DNA of 62,261 nucleotides, filler included, from Piptocephalis cylindrospora (lineage: Eukaryota): the NCBI GenBank assembly GCA_003614145.1. It is 5 parts of 5 records of this genome, joined end to end, with 100 filler letters (N's around TTAATTAATTAA, not from the genome) between each part and the next. Parts side by side here need not be neighbours in the genome. Positions count along the whole stretch, not along the records: positions 12,558 to 24,987 come from KZ987971.1; positions 25,088 to 37,503 come from KZ987972.1; 3 more parts are not named here. One strand, 5' to 3'. Positions 12,558 to 28,296 of this stretch are shown in pieces. The position numbers were made by a program, and so were the translations under genes. Position 1 is the first letter of the stretch, and each line of letters begins with the position of its first letter. The notes beneath the pieces are model-generated. The model was not told the DNA's origin, ran no database searches, and was given only the letters and a program-made list of their open reading frames with translations.

Positions 12558-12700
12558 ATGTTCCTTTCATGTCTATGCTGAATCTGTTACTGTTCAATGC
12601 CAGGGTAATTGCACCCATTCGTTCAACAGAGAAAATCTGCATTTCCTTCCAACAACATTGATCCATCTTCCTTTCTCTCTCCCTCAGCAGCCTAACCATC

Positions 12701-13737
12701 CTACCCATCCACCTTCTCCTTATCTTGAGCAACATTGAGAAGAAGGGTCTCGGAGTCCAAAAGAACCCGGTTGTTGCTCCGGGCAATGACCGAGGCAATA
12801 TCCTTGGCTGCATCGATCTTCCGAAGAGCAATGAATCCGGGCTTGTTCTTGATGGCATCACCAATCAGCTGAGCGGACTGGGCTTCACCATCAGCCTTGA
12901 CAATGATCGACTGCTTTTCCTGTCGAGCGCGTTCGACAATGAAGAAGGCACGCTGAGCCTCCTGCTGGGCAATCTGCTTAGCCTCAACGGCATGCGTAAA
13001 CTCAGGGGAGAAGGCGACGTGGGTAATGGACACATCATCCAGAACAATATTGAACCGGGCTGCCCGGGCCACCAGATTGTCCCGGACTAGCTTGGAGACC
13101 CGCTCACGCTGCGTAATGATCTGCGAGGCGTTGAACTGTGCCACCACCGACTTGAGCACCTCATTCACAATGGAAGGCAGGACTCTCTGGTCGTAATCAC
13201 GACCCAAATTCCTGTAGATATCTGCCAATGCATCCACCCGGGGCCTGTACAGGACACGGACGGTAATGTTGACCATCTGGAGATCTAACGGGAAGACAAG
13301 GGGAGTGAGTGGTAGGGGAGGGGGACGTAAGAAGGTCTGGTGGTCTCTCCCAAGCTACACATACCCTTGGTACCAGTCAGGGAAGCCACATTGCTGGGCT
13401 TGGCACGGACATCATAGATGACGGGGGTCTCCAACCACGGGATCATCACATGGGTTCCCTCCATGTAAATCTCCTTTTGCACACCAAACAAACGGGAGTA
13501 TTTCACAGCGCGATGACCACCATCGACTACACCAGGGCAACAAGGAGAATCCTTGTGAGTAAAAGACATAAAGCGCTACATTACCTATCCCCAGTGAGTG
13601 ATCCTACCGTTAAACAGGGCCGAATTGAGTCCGAGTCCAAGGGCTCCAAGGCCGATCAGAAGGCCAGACCCGGCGAAAAAGCCCTTGCCTCCTGGACGGG
13701 GCATACGGGAGGCCATTTGCTTGATTTGGTGAGCCAT
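12701..13737 (-). CDS. PHB2: Prohibitin 2, 3 exons
   Basis: ALFN|VDGGHRAVKYSRLFGV, VASLTGTK|DLQMVNITVRVL, DQRVLPSIVNEVLKSVVAQFNASQ, EAKQIAQQEAQRA. Confidence 0.95.
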
Positions 13738-14871
13738 GAGGAGGATATGGGATGGTTGGTTGGAGGCGCGATGTGAGGAGGAGGTAAGGAGAATTGTCAA
13801 GACGTGGATGGCTTCCTCTCCAGATGATAGGGGAGACATCAATGAACTTTGAGTGCGCGCGTCGCCCTCTTGGGCCTTGAGCTCTCCCTCCCGGGAACCA
13901 ACGTGTGGCCCCGAGGGCAGAGGGAGGAGGTGGTGAGAAGGTGTCTTTTCCTTGATACAGGCAGTGGCGAGCACTAAAAAATCGAGTCGAAAACCTGCAG
14001 ACTAACCTAAACCCAGCATATAGGCGCGCGCTGGATTCTTCCCTTTACTTCCAAGGTGAGTAGGGATGCGGAGTAAATTTTGGAATAGTGTGGGGAGCTG
14101 TAAGGGAAATTTGATCCAAAATAAGAGGTAAATAGTCGAGTGACTACTAGATGAAGGATAATAGGGAAATAGCGAGATAAAATTCCTGTAGAATAATGAT
14201 TAGCATACACTGGGGCACATAAACAGCATTAAACGAGACCAAGTTCAAAAGAACTACTACTACGAACTTGATGAAGGAACAAAATAAAGGAAAACGAATA
14301 ATTATTTGTCCAGAATATATGGTTTCGCTCTCATCATCATGCCCCATCCTTATAACACCCTCGCTTCCTGCATGTCCTTGGTTTCATTAGCTCTAATATT
14401 TGTAAAGCGCTTTAGTTCCTGTGCATTGAGGGTTACGGATACATGGTACCTCATAGACACCTGACAGAGCTATCAAGATTCCCCATTGTCCTTCAAAATC
14501 CTCCTTCTAACGCTATAGCCCACCATGTCCCTCTTCCTACCCAATAGAACCAATTAACCATTTTCAAAGTCCTTTCAGATAAAAAAGATTGTGAAATATG
14601 TATACTTTTCCGATGAATTGTACGTCAGATAAAAAACCAAATAATGAATTTTTTCACAAAAATTAAAGCCCATTGCCAGGAACGAGTGTGCTAGGAAAAA
14701 GGCATACTGGTAAAGCAGGGCAGGTTTATTTCTTCTTTTTTTGGGCACTTTGCCACTCACCCTATGCACTCCACGCCATCCTGACCAGATATAGGCAGTG
14801 GACATTAGCTTTGGACCCTAACCTTTATCGTCTCTCCATCATCGCTTCGATACACCCCATCGTCTTAAATC

Positions 14872-17520
14872 ATGAAATCTGGACCCAAAGGAAAGAAGGC
14901 CACTCCTCCTCCGAGAAAGACGGACATTCGTAAGGACAAGAGGTCTGAGCTTGAGGCAGAGCTACAGGCCTTGGAAGAGCGTACGAAGGAGCCGGTAAGA
15001 ATCTTTCTTGGAAGGGGACACATATCATACTGAAGTGGTAAGACTATCGAAACAGCCACTTACACATCCTTGATGTCTGTCCATCCTACCAGCTTCCTAG
15101 CACGGATCTCAAGACATTTTCCGAATTGGCCATCTCCAAGAATACTCTGGAGGGTAAGTGTGCTTGGCCTAGACCATATATTCCCCATCCCCCTACTCAC
15201 CCCATCCCCCTTCCCTCCTCCTCAGGGCTTTCAAATGCAAACTTTGTTGAGATGACCGACATCCAGCGCATGGCTCTTCCCCTCGCCCTGTGCAATCGGG
15301 ATATCCTAGGAGCTGCCAAGACTGGGTCTGGGAAAACCCTAGCCTTTCTTATCCCCCTCGTTGAGTGTCTCTACCGCCAAAAATGGGGCAAAAATGATGG
15401 AGTGGGTGCCATGGTCATCTCTCCCACCCGGGAACTGGTAGGTTTTGCCTCTTCCATTCGTCTCCTATGGCCTATCCTCACCCATCCCTCTACCCTCCCC
15501 TACAGGCAGTTCAAATTTTTCAAGTGCTGTGTCAATTTGCCAAATGTCACAACTTTTCGGCTGGCTTGGTGATCGGTGGCAAGGACTTTGTCGGGGAGCA
15601 GGACCGAATTTCCCGCATGAATATCCTCATATGCACCCCCGGAAGGCTCCTACAGCACATGGACCAGACCCCGCAATTTAGCTGCTCCAACCTTCAAATG
15701 CTTGTGCTGGATGAGGCTGACCGGATTCTCGATCTCGGGTTCTCCAAGTATCTCAATGCCATCTTAGATAACCTACCCAAGGAGAGGCAGACCCTACTCT
15801 TTTCCGCTACTCAGACAAAATCAGTCAAGGACCTTGCCCGCCTTTCCCTCAACTCTCCTGAGTATGTGGCCGTGCATGAAAAGGCCGAGCATGCTACTCA
15901 CAAGGATTTACATCAACATTTCATGGAGTGTGCCCTTCCCTCCAAGTTAGATCTCCTCTTTTCCTTCATCAAAACACATCTTACCACCAAGGGCATTGTC
16001 TTTCTCTCTTCCTGCAAGCAAGTTCGCATGGTCTACGAGGCTTTCCGTCGTCTACACCCGGGTATTCCTTTAATGTTGCTTCACGGGAAGCAAAAGCAGC
16101 AGAAGCGCCTGGAGATCTTTGACACCTTTTCCCGTACCAAGCATGCCTTCCTCTTTTGCACGGACATTGCAGCCCGTGGCCTAGACTTTCCGGCGGTCGA
16201 ATGGGTCATCCAGGCGGATGCCCCCGAGGATGCTGAAACATACATCCACCGTGTCGGCCGCACTGCCCGATACGAATCGGCCGGTCAAGCCCTTCTTATC
16301 CTCCTTCCCTCGGAGCGCGAGGGGATGCTTGCCCTTCTCGAACGTAAACGCATCCCCATCACTGAGATCAAGGCCAGGGCCAGCAAACAAAGGACCATCC
16401 AGCCTCAACTCCAGAGCTTTTGCTTTAAGGATCCTGAATTCAAATACTTGGCGCAAAAGGTACGTTTGCTTCAGAGGAATGAATATAACCTTTGAGAGGG
16501 GAAGTATCGTTTGAATGTGAGTGCAAACTCATATTCCATCACCCTCACCATCACTCTATGCAGGCCTTTGTGTCGTACATTCGTTCCATCTACCTTCAAA
16601 AGGAAAAGTCGGTATTCGACGTCCATGCCCTTCCTACCGAAGAGTTTGCCCATGCCCTTGGTCTTCCTGGGGCCCCCAAGATCAAGATTATGAAGAAGGC
16701 CCAAGGGAAAAATGTATCTTATCAGCAGGCTGCTCTGCAGAAGCAGCTCAAGGAGGAAGCAGAGGTGGAAGAGGAATCTGATTCGGAATCTGAGGAGGAG
16801 GAGGATGACAATAATGTGGAAAGTAAGGAGCTTGCACAGCCCAAGGTAGTAACCAAGATAGACAAGATGAGGAATCGTAAGAACAACACGGTCCTTTCGG
16901 AGCACCATGCCAAGCTCGTCCAGGAATCTGAGGGCGACTTTACCAGTGTGGTGGATGGAGAGGATGAGGATTTCATGGTGCTGAAGCGACATGATCATGC
17001 CTTGGATGAATCGGTCCCCGAGGTGGAGATGGAGCATGGGTCCTCTGAGAAGGCCAAGAAGGCCGAGCGCAAACTTCGTAAGAAGGAGTTGCAGCAAAAG
17101 GGCGCCAAGGGCGAGAGACTCGTCTTTGATGATGATGGCATAGCCCACCCTCTTTACGAGATGGGTACCGAGGCGGACTTCCGGGCTGAAGGTGCCCCTG
17201 AAGAGCAGATCCTTCGACGAGTTGAAGAGGGCCGGCGGATGATGACCGAGGCGGATGTCGAGGATCGGGATACGGCAAGGGAGAAGCGACGAACCAAGAA
17301 GTTGGCCAGGAAGCTTCGGGATCGGGAAGAGGCCGGCCTGGGTGGTACCGAAATGCAGGTCACCCTTGGAAGCGCTTCGGAAGATGACATGTCTAGTGGC
17401 GGTGAGTCTAGTGATGCTGAAACGGAGGAGGATGAGGCGGATAGAGATGCCAAGCGACCCAAGATGATGGATTTGGAGGAGCAGGAGGCCCTTGCACTTC
17501 GGTTGTTGAGTCAGAGTTAA
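14872..17520 (+). CDS. DBP4: DEAD-box RNA helicase Dbp4/DDX10, multi-exon
   Basis: MTDIQ Q-motif, [59 protein letters not shown]-terminal [16 protein letters not shown] and [12 protein letters not shown]. Confidence 0.96.
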
Positions 17521-17705
17521 CGTGGAGAGCCGATCAATACATAGCAATACCATCATAACATCACCATATCTAACAACAACACTCTCCTAGCTAGAGTGGG
17601 AATGGGGTATGTTTTAGAATAGACACCGGGACAGTTTATGATGAGCAAATACACGATGTCTTTATTGGCCCTCGACGAATGCTATCCATCTTTTGAAAAC
17701 AACCA

Positions 17706-19571
17706 TCAATGACGATGTCTTCCACTGACCCTCTCAGAACGCTGCCTTTCACCGGCATAGACACGCTGTTTTTGGGACTCCTTGGGTGGTCGGTCTTCCT
17801 TTTTTTTACGATCATCAATGGCCTGACGAACCCGGGGATCCAGGACAACGTAATCATCCACTTTTTCCTGCCGCTGCATCAGGTCCTTTCCTCGTTCATC
17901 CTTGGCAAAGCACAAGGCATGAGCCATCCACGATGTATCCTTGTCCTCGTTAGTCAGCTGGAACTCATCCTCCTCATCCACCTCCAGTCGGTCTAATTTC
18001 TCGGAAACTTGGCCTTCTCCCCCTTCTCTATGGGAGCCAGAAGAGCTCTTGTCTAAAGAAGAGGAGCGTTTGGAAAAGGACTGGCAAGACTCACACCCAC
18101 GAATGTCATGAAGAGCGCAACGGCGCCTTGAGCCGTCATTGGAGGCGCCTTTGTCCTTCTTGGAGGGCCTCTCCCTCGATTTAGCATCCCACATTTTGCT
18201 GGTAAATTCCTGTAGCAGGGCATATGTCTACCGATTGAGGAAGGGAGGGGAGATACTGAGTAAATCGTACAAATCGTGCCGTATTATTTTCACTAACCTG
18301 ATCCTCCTTAGCTCGGCGGGACTTTCTACTGCCGGATATGGTAGATCGTTCACGATGCTCTCTTTCGCCATCCAGATGATAAGAAGAAAGCTTGGAGCGT
18401 TTCTCCTTCTTCCTCCTCGGGTCACTTTCTGAAGGTGGTGGGCTGTCGGTCTTTCCCAGTAACTTGGCCTTAACTTGATCAATCTCTTCCTGGACTTCAT
18501 CCACCTTTCTCTTCCTCCCCATCTCCTCTACCTTCGTAGAAGTATCCATTTTTTTGGCCTTTACAGCATTTTCCATATCTTGATTCAATTTACGATCTTC
18601 CCAGGTAGATCCATCGGAGCTTGGAGCTTCTTTCTCTTCCGACTGCTGTCTAGAGGGCTCCTTGGATATCATTTTTCTATCCTCCTTCATCCCCTCTCTA
18701 ACCAGATCTTCTCTCGCCCCTTTTGGCCCATGCTGACTGGCATGAACCAATTGAGGGTCATCCGTTAAGAGATCATGACTACTGCGCATCCGACCGGCCC
18801 TACCCTTGGGGGTTTGAGATCTTCCGTTCGCCACCACTGCCTCCTCTTCCTCCTCCCCAAAGGATAGAAGTTTGGTATTTCGTCTGTGCATCTTGGACTT
18901 GATAGCTTTACTTTTCCTCTCTTTGGAGGGTGCTGCCTCGGTGGGAGCCATGAGTCTAGGCTGAGCTCGGGGAACAATATCTGTAAAGGGGTTTTCCACG
19001 ACCTTGGTCCCCTTGATTCGGGGTGGGAGGATGGGTCGATCATTTCCATCGCATTCAGCTTCGCCAATCTGAACAACATTATAGATGGAGTCTCCGACCA
19101 CCCGACCAAAGAGCGTATGCTTCCCCTGCAACTCTTCCGTGGCTGCCAGGGTGAGGAAGAACTGAGACCCATTCTCGTTCCTTCCTGCACTCGCCATGCC
19201 CAACAGGCCCCGTCGGTTGAAACGGAGTCGACTGTGGAATTCATCCGGGAAGGGCTCCCCGTACACGGACTCACCACCGGCCCCAGATGCGGTGGGGTCG
19301 CCGGTCTGGGCGATGAAGTTGGAAACGATGCGGTGAAAGATCACACCGTCATAGTAACCTTCCAGGCAGAGTTGGATAAAGTTTCTACATGCTTTGGGGC
19401 ATTGCTTCGCCCAAAGCTCCACTTCAATATCCCCGCATGTGCTGTGCAAGATAACCTTTCCGCTGGTGAGAAGGAAGACGAGATGAGATGAGATATGAGA
19501 TGAGGAGCACAAAGAATAATGGCGAAAAGGGTCTACCTGATGGGAGGTTCTTGATTGTAGATGTTGCTCAT
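17706..19571 (-). CDS. CWC27: Spliceosomal cyclophilin Cwc27, 3 exons
   Basis: MSNIYNQEPPIS|GKVILHSTCGDIEVELWAKQCPKACRNFIQLCLEGYY, DEFHSRLRFNRRGL, NPFTDIVPR, LLSFGEE, C-terminal WMAHALCF..YVVLDPR. Confidence 0.94.
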
Positions 19572-21012
19572 GGGGATCCTCGGAAAAAAAAAAGACGGTG
19601 CGAATCACGTACAACAGAAATGAGCTATGGTGAGGATGAAGTACTATTTAATGATACCCATGGAATGTACACCACAATGATGGTGTCCCTACAGGGTTAC
19701 TATGTGGCTTCTATACAATAACAAATGGTGGTCGTTAAGCACACTTTTCCCTTGGGCTGTTCAATAATTCATCAGCTACCCTCAGTCAAGTGATGACATG
19801 CTGCTGGAGCTTTTCAAATAAATAACAAGTCAGCCTCTTGCTTTAGTAGCATTGTCTCTCATGACAATGGCCACAGATTGGATCATACAATGAGAAAAGT
19901 CAACAATGTATTTCATTTTTAATATCACGGGGCTTCAAGTACAATTGAAAGCATACAGATAGAATGAAACCCTCTTTTAAAAGAGTTCAAGGCATTAGAT
20001 GGGCTAAGAAATATGATTACCATATTGTTAGGGGTTTGGTTATCGGGAGGGTGTAAACGAATCAGGGAGTGTATTTAAATGTAAAGTGGCTTCATCTTCA
20101 AATGTATTGGGAATGCCAGTCAAAAGTCCAGTCCTTTGTCGCTGGGGTTTCCCACAGGCATCCCCCTCACACAGATGACAAAACGATTTCCAAGTCATTA
20201 CAGTATAACCCTCCGGGACTATTCACTTCTCAGTGCGTATACCACATCATCAAATATCAAGAACGTGTTTAATTCCTTTAAAGCTGCCATATTCCAACGA
20301 CGCTCCATGCATCTCAATTCCTCTTTTTAGAGCATTTCTCTCGGGAAAAAGACCTGGGCTTCTTGGGGAGTAACGAACTAGATTATCGTTTGATATTGTG
20401 ATCCTGCCTTGATGAGTTCCTGGAACGGATATATCTGTATGTTGTATGCACTCTTCACTCTTGTTTGTGGGTCATGACTCGATCGTTGTGAGAGGAGCTG
20501 GTTGACTAAGCAAGTCCATGCAGGTGTTCTGTAGAGTCTTGGTGGTCTGTGTTCGGAGGGACTCGGGTGTAAGCTTCGCTTATTGGCATTAGGTTGGCGT
20601 GTGCGACGTCTCATCGCTCGCTGTCTATTTCTTGATGAGGCCTAATCGTGTGCGTCACAGTGTGGGCAGCCCCCGATAAAGGGAATTCGCCCATTTTTGC
20701 ATTTTTTTAGTAGGAATCCTGCAAAATGGGGATACTTTTTAGGATGTGGATGACTATCCCAACAGTCGTTTGGGGGAACTGGTATCGGAGCATTCCTCCT
20801 CATTGTGTGGGATGAACGCGAAGGAGTGCATCCCTCACTCCCAGCACCCGAAAAGTCAAGCCTTATAAACTCATAGTGAGAGGCATTCTCCCCTACTTTG
20901 GCGTGTCTATTGTCACCTTTTCCCATCTTCCCTCACTGCTCCCTTTACCCTTTCCCTTGAGGCTCTTCCCCGTCTTTCTTTCCCTTTTTGACTGACATCA
21001 ACGTTTGGAATT

Positions 21013-22994
<1,982 letters not shown>

Positions 22995-23666
22995 GGAAGA
23001 AAGAAGATGATACCGGTGTGTGCTGAGCTTTTTAGGGGATGGGCCTGTGGACCTTTTTTCAGTGTCTCAGGAAATACAAGAAAATGGGAGATGAGCAATG
23101 AGGTGCAAAAATCGATGGATTTCTTTCTTGTTATCGCGCATGTTTCCATTGGTGATATAGTGCCTACTGGATGGAAGGATACAAAGAATAGCACACTGTT
23201 GGAAATCCCCTTTAGATTCGTGGTTGAACGGCCAAGCACTTTATCCATGGTATGGGCCAAGAGAGGGAGAAGTGATGTGCTGTTCCAACGATGACATACC
23301 TTTTCCTCCCAGCCCTAGTCAGCTCATCTCCTTATTGTGCATGCGTTCTGATCGAAGTGGGAAGGCACCATCGAGACCCGTGTCTCTATCTCATCTCTGT
23401 GTGTGTTTCTCTCTTTATCTTTCTCTTCATCCACAGCAGTCCTAGGGGCGCTTTAGATGAATAAAAATGATGCGGGATCTCTCTCTGCTTTCCTCATTGC
23501 CTTGGTCAATACCTCCGCGTTTGCGTCATGTCCTACCTCACTTTTAGGAAGCGTATCCGGATCGAAGGTGGCGGTAGGCAAGCACAATGCTATCCTACCA
23601 AAATCGTATCTATTTCCCCGGCCAAGTCTGGATGAAGCCCATTCATGCCGTGGAGCGTATCTCACT

Positions 23667-23718
23667 GTCATGGATATCCTCGTCGTCGTCATGGACATCC
23701 TCTTCCTCGTCATGGACA
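23667..23718 (+). repeat. 21-bp tandem repeat, ~2.5 copies
   Basis: GTCATGGAYATCCTCKTCSTC units starting at 23667, 23688 and 23709. Confidence 0.7.
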
Positions 23719-24987
23719 CAAGCCAAGAATTGCTTCTGAGGGCCAAGGCCAATTGTCTAGATCCACATCCTTTCCGGAAGGTCATAATCATTGCAGATGG
23801 AAGCGCCCACTCATACGTCTCGATGATCTCGGTGTGGGATTTACCCGAGAAAGGGATTGGATTCTTCATGTCCGCCTCCATTCATCTACAGTCTATATGG
23901 TCAAAATGGCTCCATCTCCGCCCCCTATCATCCCATGCCCCAGGGTTCATTTACTGACCATTGCATGGGTCCTAAATCATTTTTCATTTCCACTCTATCT
24001 GGATTGGATGGTAGCTTCTTTCTTTTAGAAATTGGCGATATCTGGGCTTATCCAGCTGTAGAGGCGAGGGAAAAGGGGGCGCACCACACGCCTGTTTACT
24101 CCGCCCCGAGGGATATGATACTCACAGTATTTCCTCCCTCATCCCCCCTCTAGCATTCATTGCCACACTAGACGGGGTTTAAGGGAAAGAGAAGGGAGCG
24201 GGTTACACTAGAGCCCCCCTCCCCCTTCCCTCCGACCCTTGCATACCATACTGCATAGTGTACCGCTTCACAGCCCCCTTCCCCCCAGAGACAGATAGGA
24301 GCAGGAGGCGCCAGCACTTTTTTTTCCGCCCATACATCGAACTATGTGCCACAGCAACCAGACGCCTCACACTCCCGCGCGCTGATCTCTTACAGGGCTC
24401 CGAAGCGCCGCTGTCCTATGGCGCCATGAGTCGCCCAGGGACCAGTACCTTCTGGGCCATCGGGCCCTCTTCAAGGCAGGGAAAGGGAGAGCGTCCCCCA
24501 GGCGGGAGCTTTCCAGCTTCGCTTCCGAATCTTGCACATGCCCCTCAGTGTTCAATTGGTAAGAGGGATGTTCTAGGTATCTCGAGTATAAATCTTACGG
24601 GGTTCCAGGGCTCTTCGTTTATCCACCACCCACCACAATTGGCCCCTCACACTTTACCCGTTGTCCTTGACGTCTCCCTCCCTTTTCCCCCCTTTACTCA
24701 CATTCGCTCTCTTTCTCCCAAGCTGCGCTCTACCCATCGTACTCCCTCCCTACCTCCCAGCCCTAGTCCCAGTCCTAGCCTCCCCCCAGCCACCTGCCAC
24801 CGCAACTCACTCAACCTTGCCACTTCCCATCCGCTCATCCTCTCCTCTCCCTCCTATTTCCCCCCCCCCCCCCCCCCCCACACCCCCCCCCCCCCCCCCC
24901 CCCCTTCCCCCCAAATTCTCATCCCACCCCCCCCCCCCCCGCGGACATCAGGAAAGAGCAAGAAAGCAAGAGGGAGAGAAAGGGGAG

Positions 24988-25087
24988 NNNNNNNNNNNNN
25001 NNNNNNNNNNNNNNNNNNNNNNNNNNNNNNNTTAATTAATTAANNNNNNNNNNNNNNNNNNNNNNNNNNNNNNNNNNNNNNNNNNNN
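24988..25087. other. Artificial contig spacer
   Basis: N44-TTAATTAATTAA-N44. Confidence 0.99.
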
Positions 25088-25142
25088 AAAGAGAGCATGT
25101 AAAGCAGAGGGGTACCGACGATGCATAACATCACCAGTTTGA
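25088..25142 (+). repeat. 55-bp terminal direct repeat of contig 3, left copy
   Basis: AAAGAGAGCATGTAAAGCAGAGGGGTACCGACGATGCATAACATCACCAGTTTGA, identical to 37449-37503. Confidence 0.98.
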
Positions 25143-26246
25143 ACGATCATCCGGGTCCTCACCAGTTCCAGTGGGGATAGGAGGAGCCCGACCAAGGCAT
25201 GGCTGGACACGAGCGTGGCTAGATTGGGGCCTACATGCTCCAGATGGGCCAGGGGGATCGTGTCATCATACAGACCAAATTGCCCATTGAACCAGCCTTC
25301 CAGGGATGGTTGCATCATGGCCACAAGCATTTCATGGGTCCAGTGTGCTCCTTGACCCTTCCACAGTCCGAGGAACCCCTCGTGTGGGGAGGAAGCCATG
25401 GCCTGAAATGTTCCCCAGGAGGAACCCTCTAGGGGTGGGAGTTGATAAGGGGGTCTGGAGGCGCTGGAGTGAGGATCTTCCGTGGAAAGATAACCCAATG
25501 TATCTTTCCTTGCCCTCCGCATCTATCCGAGTAAACGATGGAGGAGTATGAGCGGGTGTGGACACATTGGGAAAGCACCCTGATCTCTTTCCCCCACTCA
25601 CTGTGTGCATTGAGGCTTGAGCGCGACGTTCCCGTTCCCGACGACGCAACCCCTCCCCTCCCGGACCCCGACCGGCAGCACGTCTTCTCCGACGGTCTGG
25701 GTTATAGTATTCAGGGTCATCTGAGGGAACCGAGTCTTCATCCTCTTCCTCCTCCTCCTCCGTGGAGGAGAGGATGGAGGCGTCATCGGAGGCGGATAGA
25801 TCATCGGCGTGCTCATCGTACTCGAGAGATTGGGCGCTCATCTCCATATCAGATCCCGAGGCGTCCTTTCCCTTCTCATGAGCCCACTGACGCCTTAATC
25901 GATCATTTGGCAGGTACTGCACCTGGGCCAGGGTGCTGGCCAGGTCAAAGGGCTCAACGACCGACGTGGTCATGAACTTGACCGCTCCATACTTGATCAG
26001 CGACCAGGAGAGCCACGGGCTCTCCTCCCCTCCCAGACCACCATCCCCAGAGGCAAGTTTCACCTCCGAGTCGTCAATGCTTTCGAGAAGGTAGGGATGG
26101 GCGGAGGATCCGGTGGTACCCGAGTCGTTGTTGGCGGTTCCACGGGTGATCAGGGTGGTGGGACGCGTTCGAAGAGGGTCTGAGAGACGGGCCACGGACG
26201 GTTCAAAGGTGAACCTGGGCCCCGAGGAGTCTGAGGAGCCGGGCAT
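25088..26246 (-). CDS. UGO1: Ugo1/SLC25A46-like mitochondrial fusion protein, 5' part; continues at 37503->36897
   Basis: PFDLASTLAQVQY, acidic loop, intron 25601-25523, DTLGYL, EGFLGLWKG, carrier motif LSPLELVRTRMIVQ. Confidence 0.85.
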
Positions 26247-26756
26247 GCGCAGGTGAAGGCTGTTTTGGGAGACGAGGGTTGTGGTGGTGGTGGTGGTGGT
26301 GGAGGAGGAGGAGTAGAAGAAGAGGGAAGGAGGACAGACTGAGTGATACCAGGTGTGTGAGGTCGGAGATGACAAGCCTTGTTATGGTAGTTATCCGATG
26401 TTGTGAAGAAGGATGATGAGCACAGTGTGCTGTAGCTGGTTGGCCTGGGGAGAAGCCGCCTTGGGGGCAGTATCATCTTTGGATCCATTCCTGAACTCGA
26501 TCTATGTCTTGCCTCCATGATCCATATCCATTGCCATGGATTGGGGACCATAACCAAGCCTATCTCCCAAGTATTGCGTATCGAGTCATCATAAGGAAGA
26601 AGGGGGGAAGGTTGCTCTGTAAGGTCAAAGAGCCCTGAGATCCAAGTACCAGTCTTTGTAGTCGCTCGAAGTCAACTCCACATCCAAAAGTACGCCTCAC
26701 CACCCGCGTCTCCATCTCACTCTACCTTCTCACTCTACAATTACGAGCTGTGCCTG

Positions 26757-26885
26757 CTTTTCCTCTCTCTCTTTCTCTCTCTCTTTCTCTCTTTCTTTCT
26801 CTCTTTCTTTCTTCTCTCTTTCTCTCTTTCTTTCTTCTCTCTTTCTTTCTTCTCTCTTTCTTTCTTTCTCTGTTTCTCTCTTTCC
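26757..26885 (+). repeat. CT/CTTT polypyrimidine microsatellite
   Basis: ~130 bp almost purely C/T just upstream of the parvulin ATG. Confidence 0.9.
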
Positions 26886-26907
26886 AACGACCGTTCCATC
26901 ACTATCC

Positions 26908-27448
26908 ATGGTTAAAATCGGCAAGGTAGCTCAAGAAAAAACAGCCCAGGGGAAAGGAGCCCAAGGAAAAGGAGCCCAGGGGAAAGGAGGCCGGGGAAAA
27001 GCAACCCAAGGAAAAACAGCCCAGGGAAAGAAGGGGAGGAAGAAGGAATGTGACGATGCTGAAGGTAGGTGAATCATTCCAGATGGACCCCTCCCCTCAC
27101 GTATTCTCAGGCCCTCCCAACCCTTCCTCTCTTGTAGATGGAAAGCTCAAGGTTGCCAACTCCCTCAAGGTGAGGCACATCTTGTGTGAAAAGATACGTG
27201 AAGCCAACAAGGCCCTGGAGCTCATCCGCTCAGGGGAGCGGTTTGATAAAGTGGCGGAAAAGTACTCGTCGGACAAGGCCAGGGTCGGGGGAAATCTGGG
27301 CTGGATGGTGCGTGGTAGCATGGTGGAGACCTTTCGGGATGCCGCCTTTAAACTACCTCCCAGTACCGTAACTTCCCCCATTATGCCTGCTGATTTGGTG
27401 AAAACCGTGCATGGATATCATATCATCATGGTGGAGGATCGAAAATGA
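26908..27448 (+). CDS. PIN4: Parvulin-type PPIase Par14/Pin4, 2 exons
   Basis: G/K-rich N-terminus, then [48 protein letters not shown]. Confidence 0.93.
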
Positions 27449-28147
27449 AGAAGAGAAGGGGGGAGTATCTTTTCTCACTGAAGAAATGGAGCACTTTTTT
27501 TTTCTTGCATGTCTTGCCCCGTCCCTCTGGGAAGGAGAGATTGGTGTAACATGTAGAGGATCCTCAGGGCTTGACTAGCCTTGACATCTTTCCCGGAAAG
27601 ACCCTCAGCCTGGACACCACCCTACATGACAAGGAAAAGGGAAGGATAATGAGACCACGCATGCCATCGTCGCATCGAGAGCATTCAGCAACAGATGCGC
27701 TGACGTTGTCTCCGGACAGGGTGAACGTGTGGGATTCGACAGGGAGAGAGTCGACGATCCGTGCGTCCATCTCCCCTCTACAAACGCAATGACCGGGTGG
27801 CTCGTCCTTGGAAAACCCCGCTTGGCTGGAAAGGTACCTGGCAAATGCTGACTTTCCCCTCCTCCCCTCAGACATGGGTCGAAATCATCCCCGGATCTAC
27901 ACTCCTCTTCATCGCACTCTCCCCCATCGCATCCTGGATATAGGGGAGAGCTAGTAACATGAAGCAGATTGCTTGTCTAACACCACCACCCCTCTCGGAT
28001 ACGCCCCATTATCCTTACCTCGATGCGCATGGGGCATGCAGGACGGCTCAGGAGGAGAAGGAGGAGGAGGAGGTGATGGTGCGGATCCTCTACCGTGCCC
28101 AAACCGAAGCCTCCTTGAATGGGATAAATTCTCATTGTTCCATGGGG

Positions 28148-28154
28148 TATAAAA
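28148..28154 (+). promoter_or_regulatory. Putative TATA box
   Basis: TATAAAA about 150 bp upstream of ATG 28297. Confidence 0.4.
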
Positions 28155-28296
28155 CCAGGAGGGCCCATGTCCCTCCTTGTACCTGAATACTGTCTTTACC
28201 CTCCATCTCACCCCATCCCATTTCTACTCACCTCATTCTAGGATCATCCACTCCATCCTCAGTGCATCTCCTCATACACACATCCACCCACATATC

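Noticed and set aside
16471..17556. 361-aa - strand ORF, and similar shadows over LPD1, CWC27, NOP2 and MTR4
   Set aside because: Antisense to well-supported genes, with no recognisable motifs.
19572..21012. 1.4-kb CWC27-LPD1 intergenic region as a possible ncRNA locus
   Set aside because: No snRNA, SRP or RNase P/MRP motif recognised by eye; treated as a divergent promoter pending an Rfam search.
23453..24153. Overlapping 98-166 aa ORFs downstream of LPD1
   Set aside because: No recognisable domain; partly produced by a 21-bp repeat. Coding status unsupported.
24258..24987. 261-aa Pro-rich ORF and poly-C tracts
   Set aside because: Poly-Pro comes from C homopolymers at a contig end; likely promoter/UTR or low-quality sequence.
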